From the IMG/VR virus record IMGVR_UViG_3300045988_168459: DNA of 18,984 nucleotides; one strand, 5' to 3'. The DNA is from a virus. The position numbers were made by a program, and so were the translations under genes. Below are positions 15,311 to 18,984 of the stretch, piece by piece; the stretch's first letter is position 1, and each line of letters opens with the position of its first letter. Below the pieces are notes generated by a model. The model was not told the origin of the DNA. It worked only from the letters and a program-made list of their open reading frames with translations, and made no database searches.

Positions 15311-16128
15311 TAATCATACACTCCTTTTAAACCTTTAAGTGTTTTATATTTTTCTATTGATTTAGTAACAGTATCATAAATATTTGTTTCAATTCTTTCT
15401 TCGTTTCCAATTACACTATCTTCGGGGTATCTATCTCTTAAATCTCTTAAAACTTCTTTAATCCACATATCTTTTTGTAGTGGTGATAATCTATTATATT
15501 CTTTCCTTATCATTTCTTGTATATAAGGCTTACACCCTAACTGTATGCTAGGTGATGTCATAAATTCATTATTAAACCAATTGTCATTTTCTGTACTGTC
15601 TGTTAATTTTTTATAGACATTGATAAATTTTATTTCTTTCATATCTTGTTTGAACTTCTTTATCATTTCCTTTTTAGTTTTACTGTCTGCAATGTAAATA
15701 TCATCTAAATGTTGTAATGGAATACCATCATAAATAAATGATTTTTTATCGTAATAAGTTAGAAATAAATCTTTACCTTTAAGGTAATTTACTTGTAAAC
15801 TAGGTAAATTCATAGTTTCAAGTGCTTGGAGTGTTTTATCAACTTCTCTATTGAACTTTTTAACAGTTTGATTATATTGATAGTCAATTGACTTTTTATA
15901 AGATTTTTTTATACTAGTTTCTTTTTTAATAACAGAATTTAATCCAGTAGTAATTTTATTAACTGCTTGTGTTAATTGCCTTTGTGTAAGTGATTTGCCT
16001 TGCAAATACGTTGGAATTGAGTACCCTAATAGTTCATATTTTTTAACTAAATATTTAATTTTTTGTTTATCATTTTTATTTGAAAAGTCTACCCTTTTAA
16101 GACCACTTAATTGACGTTTAGCGTTCAT
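15310..16128 (-). CDS. Putative terminal protein (replication primer), 272 aa
   Basis: Immediately upstream of the polymerase gene and translationally coupled to it (TAATG overlap). Its size matches phi29 gene 3 (266 aa). It is basic and Lys-rich. The call rests on position, not on sequence similarity. Confidence 0.65.
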   Translation of the reverse strand: MNAKRQLSGLKRVDFSNKNDKQKIKYLVKKYELLGYSIPTYLQGKSLTQRQLTQAVNKITTGLNSVIKKETSIKKSYKKSIDYQYNQTVKKFNREVDKTLQALETMNLPSLQVNYLKGKDLFLTYYDKKSFIYDGIPLQHLDDIYIADSKTKKEMIKKFKQDMKEIKFINVYKKLTDSTENDNWFNNEFMTSPSIQLGCKPYIQEMIRKEYNRLSPLQKDMWIKEVLRDLRDRYPEDSVIGNEERIETNIYDTVTKSIEKYKTLKGLKGVYD

Positions 16129-16177
16129 AATATATCCCCCTCCGAACCACTAAATCTTTAACCCTTTCCTTAATTAT

Positions 16178-16206
16178 ATTTTACCAAATATTACTCATGA
16201 TTTCAA
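16178..16206 (-). promoter_or_regulatory. Promoter TTGAAA-17-TAAAAT for the TP-pol-sigma operon
   Basis: The reverse complement of 16201-16206 is TTGAAA, then a 17-nt spacer, and the reverse complement of 16178-16183 is TAAAAT. Confidence 0.55.
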
Positions 16207-16220
16207 TAGAAAATACGAAA

Positions 16221-16246
16221 AATAGAGGATAATTTTATCCCCTATT
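16221..16246 (-). terminator. Intrinsic terminator after the small-gene early operon
   Basis: On the minus strand AATAGGGGA-taaaatta-TCCTCTATT (one mismatch) is followed by TTTTTCGTATTTT. It overlaps the stop codon of the MazG-like gene. Confidence 0.6.
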
Positions 16247-16511
16247 TATTATACAATCTTTCGAACCTTTCTTGTTTAAAATGCTTTATATAATTTAATT
16301 CTTTTTCTTGTATATTCATTATGTTTTTTAACTTTGTTAAACATAGTTCAACGTCTGCTATTTCTTCTAAAATCATGTACTCTATTTCAATTTTACTATT
16401 TCTTAAAGTTTCATCAGAATTTATATAGCGTACATATTTAGATAATGCTTGTATTAATTCTCCTAATTCTTCAATTGAAATTATTACTCTATCTAAACAA
16501 CTTTCATTCAT
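16242..16511 (-). CDS. MazG-like all-alpha NTP pyrophosphohydrolase, 89 aa
   Basis: Paired acidic helices EELGELIQALSK and LEEIADVELCL fit the EExxE / EExxD metal-binding pattern of small MazG-like proteins. Confidence 0.55.
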   Translation of the reverse strand: MNESCLDRVIISIEELGELIQALSKYVRYINSDETLRNSKIEIEYMILEEIADVELCLTKLKNIMNIQEKELNYIKHFKQERFERLYNK

Positions 16512-16711
16512 AATAATAACTCATTCCTTATATCTTTATTTTCTATTAAAAAATTAACCATATATTCATAATCATTTCTGCTCTTACACCCTGCATTAAC
16601 GTAATCATAACATATTGATACAATGTCGGGAGGGTATAAATTGTTGTAAGCTAATACTTGTCCGACTTTTCTTGATAGAATAACAAACATTGCAAATCTT
16701 TCATCACTCAT
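16508..16711 (-). CDS. Hypothetical early protein, 67 aa
   Basis: RBS AGGAGG. ATGA overlap with the downstream gene. Confidence 0.6.
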   Translation of the reverse strand: MSDERFAMFVILSRKVGQVLAYNNLYPPDIVSICYDYVNAGCKSRNDYEYMVNFLIENKDIRNELLL

Positions 16712-16748
16712 TATAAATATACCTCCTAATCTTAATCATTATTAGTAA

Positions 16749-16883
16749 TTATAATCTCATTATAAAAACCAATGCAAATTCTTCGTAAAAATCATCTTCA
16801 AAATTTTCAACAAAAACTGTATAATCTTCTTTACCATCTTCGATTAATATTTCCAATTTTTCTTTTAATTCTTTTAATGTCAT
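16749..16883 (-). CDS. Hypothetical acidic micro-protein, 44 aa (paralog A), not in the ORF track
   Basis: Hand translation gives MTLKELKEKLEILIEDGKEDYTVFVENFEDDFYEEFALVFIMRL. RBS GGTGG. TAATG overlap with the upstream paralog. Confidence 0.5.
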   Translation of the reverse strand: MTLKELKEKLEILIEDGKEDYTVFVENFEDDFYEEFALVFIMRL

Positions 16884-17026
16884 TATAACCAAACCACCTT
16901 ATTTTCTTTATTTATAATTATATTACTTTCATCAAGTTCATATAAACTATCATTTAATACTATAAAATCTTCTTTACCCTCTTCAATTAAACATTCTAAT
17001 TTTTCTTTTAATTCTTTTACTGTCAT
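16883..17026 (-). CDS. Hypothetical micro-protein, 47 aa (paralog B), not in the ORF track
   Basis: Hand translation gives MTVKELKEKLECLIEEGKEDFIVLNDSLYELDESNIIINKENKVVWL. RBS GGAGTG. The first 21 residues are nearly identical to paralog A. Confidence 0.5.
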   Translation of the reverse strand: MTVKELKEKLECLIEEGKEDFIVLNDSLYELDESNIIINKENKVVWL

Positions 17027-17027
17027 T

Positions 17028-17228
17028 TTAATACACTCCGTTTATTACCATATTTTCAATATCTCCCTCGCTCATGTAGCGATAAGGAAAACAATCTTTC
17101 CTTGTGTTACCCCATGCGTCCAAATATCTAATTATTAATATACCATCTTCTATTTTACTGCAAATAAATCTACAATGTAACCTTTCTAAAATATCCTTTA
17201 TTAATCTTTCAGCTTTAAATTTACACAT
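17028..17228 (-). CDS. Hypothetical early protein, 66 aa
   Basis: ORF with RBS AAAGGGG, tightly packed. Confidence 0.6.
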   Translation of the reverse strand: MCKFKAERLIKDILERLHCRFICSKIEDGILIIRYLDAWGNTRKDCFPYRYMSEGDIENMVINGVY

Positions 17229-17252
17229 ATTCCCAAACCCCTTTTAATTTAA

Positions 17253-17345
17253 TTAAATATTTCTTTTACAATATTCACATAAATGTCCATTACAATAATA
17301 TTCATAACTACTTATTTCTCTATAACAATTTTCACAATGATACAT
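17253..17345 (-). CDS. Cys-rich micro-protein, 30 aa (zinc-ribbon-like), not in the ORF track
   Basis: Hand translation gives MYHCENCYREISSYEYYCNGHLCEYCKRNI (CxxC-x10-C-x4-CxxC). GGAGGG lies 8 nt upstream. It overlaps the 3' end of the upstream gene in another frame. Confidence 0.45.
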   Translation of the reverse strand: MYHCENCYREISSYEYYCNGHLCEYCKRNI

Positions 17346-17712
17346 AATCATTTCCCTCCTTATATAATTTTGCATATTTCCATGGTACTAATTCACGATA
17401 GTTATAACTAAAACTTGTAGTTCCATTAGCAAAAGTGTAAATTTTACCATCTTCAAATTTTGCAAAATAACGTTTATACCATTTTTCGTTATCAAAACTA
17501 ACTAGAATTTTTGTATCAACTTCAACTTTGCTCCAGTCTACATTATAAAATTTTTTAAAATCTAAATCCAATAATTGTTTTAAAGTATATAAATTATATA
17601 AATTAAAACGTATATTTGTTAACTCTCCACCAATAACTTTCCATTTTATATTTTTATTATCTACCACATAATCACCATCATTACATTTTTCAAACACTTC
17701 TTTAATATTCAT
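17332..17712 (-). CDS. Hypothetical early protein, 126 aa
   Basis: ORF with RBS AAGGGGA. No family recognised. Confidence 0.65.
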   Translation of the reverse strand: MNIKEVFEKCNDGDYVVDNKNIKWKVIGGELTNIRFNLYNLYTLKQLLDLDFKKFYNVDWSKVEVDTKILVSFDNEKWYKRYFAKFEDGKIYTFANGTTSFSYNYRELVPWKYAKLYKEGNDYVSL

Positions 17713-17728
17713 TTTTATTCCCCTTTAT

Positions 17729-17923
17729 TTATTTTTCTTCCAATTTTTTTATTTCTATTGAATTAATAGTATCCCTAAATATAATTACATCAATATTTCC
17801 ATTTCCACATAATTCGATTAAATCTATATAACGTAAATCATTTTTAAATTCTTTAACCTCATCTTCGGTCATTGTTTTTTCATAACAATAACCATTATTC
17901 ATTCTAATTTTAACTTTATACAT
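17729..17923 (-). CDS. Hypothetical early protein, 64 aa
   Basis: ORF with RBS AAGGAGG. Confidence 0.6.
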   Translation of the reverse strand: MYKVKIRMNNGYCYEKTMTEDEVKEFKNDLRYIDLIELCGNGNIDVIIFRDTINSIEIKKLEEK

Positions 17924-17945
17924 TTTACAACCTCCTTATTATAAT

Positions 17946-18146
17946 CTATTCCTCCGTAATACAACTTTCTTTATATATTGAAATTAAATCCTCGTGTAAT
18001 AACAATAAACTATAATCACTTAATTCTTGTAATTTTTCCACCATTAATATAATTTCATCATCACCTAATTTAGTAACATCAAATCCAACTAATACCGACA
18101 TATAAGAAATTATATCATAACATAAAACTTTTCTATTTTCTTCCAT
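17946..18146 (-). CDS. Hypothetical strongly acidic early protein, 66 aa
   Basis: ORF with RBS GAGGTGG. About 15 Asp/Glu against 5 Lys/Arg. Confidence 0.6.
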   Translation of the reverse strand: MEENRKVLCYDIISYMSVLVGFDVTKLGDDEIILMVEKLQELSDYSLLLLHEDLISIYKESCITEE

Positions 18147-18161
18147 TTATATTCCACCTCT

Positions 18162-18449
18162 TTATTCTCTGTAATAATCATAAATTTCTATTGCGTATGG
18201 ATAATTATCTAAAAAATTATTAATAAAATCAACTGTATAAACCTCTTTTTCTTTATTAGGACATATTACACTACAAGAGTCAGTTAACACTAATTCACTA
18301 TTAATTTTATTACCAAATTCAAATAATTCGTTCAAAGTATTAATTTCAAATACTTTTACAACATAATCTTTAAAATTAAACTCCTCAATAATTTTATAAT
18401 CATAATTTTTAAAATCTCTTCCACTTGTACAATAAAAACAAATTTTCAT
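18162..18449 (-). CDS. Hypothetical acidic early protein, 95 aa
   Basis: ORF with RBS AGGAGGTG. About 17 Asp/Glu against 10 Lys/Arg. Its first 16 codons lie inside the 158-bp tandem repeat. Confidence 0.65.
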   Translation of the reverse strand: MKICFYCTSGRDFKNYDYKIIEEFNFKDYVVKVFEINTLNELFEFGNKINSELVLTDSCSVICPNKEKEVYTVDFINNFLDNYPYAIEIYDYYRE

Positions 18450-18460
18450 TTTAACACCTC

Positions 18461-18529
18461 CTATAAATCAGCTATTATGTATGAAGAAAATAATATAATA
18501 AATGAAAATACTATTATTGGTAATAACAT
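18461..18529 (-). CDS. Hydrophobic micro-peptide, 22 aa (MLLPIIVFSFIILFSSYIIADL), copy 1
   Basis: The ATG is preceded by GGGAGGTG at 6-nt spacing. It lies entirely within the repeat unit. Confidence 0.4.
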   Translation of the reverse strand: MLLPIIVFSFIILFSSYIIADL

Positions 18530-18541
18530 TTTATCACCTCC

Positions 18542-18607
18542 CTATATTATATTGTATGAATAATTTTTAAAATCTCTTCCACTTGTACAATAAAAACAAA
18601 TTTTCAT
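18542..18607 (-). pseudogene. Truncated duplicate of the 5' end of the 95-aa gene (MKICFYCTSGRDFKNY then SYNII-stop)
   Basis: Created by the tandem duplication. It has the same RBS and first 16 codons as 18449, then runs into repeat sequence and stops. Confidence 0.6.
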
Positions 18608-18618
18608 TTTAACACCTC

Positions 18619-18687
18619 CTATAAATCAGCTATTATGTATGAAGAAAATAATATAATAAATGAAAATACTATTATTGGTAATAACAT
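18619..18687 (-). CDS. Hydrophobic micro-peptide, 22 aa, copy 2 (identical)
   Basis: Identical to 18461-18529 with a +158 offset and the same RBS. Confidence 0.4.
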   Translation of the reverse strand: MLLPIIVFSFIILFSSYIIADL

Positions 18688-18708
18688 TTTATCACCTCCC
18701 TATATTAT

Positions 18709-18737
18709 ATTGTATGAATAATTTTTAAAAAAGTTAA
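18709..18737 (-). promoter_or_regulatory. Right-end early promoter TTAACT-17-TACAAT
   Basis: The reverse complement of 18732-18737 is TTAACT, then a 17-nt spacer, and the reverse complement of 18709-18714 is TACAAT. It abuts the inner ITR boundary, mirroring the left-end promoter. Confidence 0.55.
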
Positions 18738-18984
18738 TAAATATTTAAAAGAAATTTATAAAAATTTTCGACAAATATTATATCAAGATATGGAGCAATA
18801 ATGTTATAATTATATATAGGATTATTATACGGTATTTGATACTATATATTATGTATGGAACTGTATGAATATATGGTAATGTATACTATATAGGACAAGC
18901 GAACAGATGTTTTACCTATATGGTATTGATTACTACTTAATGGGGGGAAAGATACCACCCGAAAAATGTGCTAAGGCATTTTTT
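18737..18984. repeat. Right inverted terminal repeat (ITR), 248 bp
   Basis: Exact reverse complement of 1-248. Confidence 0.97.

Larger units (their letters stand above)
18402..18730. repeat. Perfect direct tandem repeat, 158-bp unit, 2.08 copies
   Basis: 18402-18559 is identical to 18560-17717 shifted by 158 (that is, 18560-18717), compared base by base. The first 13 bp (ATAATTTTTAAAA) recur a third time at 18718-18730. Confidence 0.95.

Noticed and set aside
18402-18730. The tandem repeat as a CRISPR array or an attachment-site repeat
   Set aside because: There are only two long (158-bp) identical units with no unique spacers between them, and no cas or integrase genes. The structure is a simple segmental duplication.
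1-18984. The inverted terminal repeats as boundaries of a transposon, casposon or polinton-like element, or of a linear plasmid
   Set aside because: The interior encodes a full phi29-type virion module (scaffold, capsid, portal, collar, knob, appendage, packaging ATPase) and no transposase, integrase or Cas1. A protein-primed phage genome is the simplest explanation.
1-18984. tRNA genes, integrase, repressor or other lysogeny functions
   Set aside because: No cloverleaf-compatible GC-rich segment of 70-90 nt and no recombinase or CI-like motif was seen in any frame. The absence was judged by eye only and should be confirmed with tRNAscan-SE and HMM searches.

Overview
The window looks like one complete linear genome (18,984 bp, very AT-rich) of a phi29-like, protein-primed podovirus. 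The host is probably a low-GC Firmicute, likely Clostridium, judging from GGAGG ribosome-binding sites (RBS), TTG starts and a BhlA/UviB-like holin. The genome is bounded by perfect 248-bp inverted terminal repeats (ITR), 1-248 and 18737-18984, that begin AAAAAA. From the right end the minus strand carries about 11 tiny early genes, including a MazG-like gene. These are followed by terminal protein, a family-B protein-primed DNA polymerase and a sigma-70-family protein. Next comes a 256-nt non-coding gap, and then the late genes in phi29-like order: scaffold, capsid (gp8-like), tail knob (gp9-like, split and fused to lysozyme plus NlpC/P60), portal (gp10-like), lower collar, beta-helix appendage, a 186-aa unknown, a holin-like gene and the gp16-like packaging ATPase. 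The left arm (339-2668, plus strand) converges on this block and encodes small unknowns plus a bacterial-type SSB with a HeH/SAP-like tail. Points worth a second look:
- the unusually long ITRs with CC-(TA)n motifs
- a perfect 158-bp tandem duplication beside the right ITR
- the split, lysin-fused tail knob and the absence of a stand-alone endolysin
- the phage sigma factor
- a recurrent TTAACN-17-TACAAT promoter family
- two promoter/terminator-bracketed non-coding units, either of which could be a packaging RNA (pRNA)
- several unlisted micro-ORFs
All homology statements rest on remembered phi29 protein sequences and motifs, not on searches.
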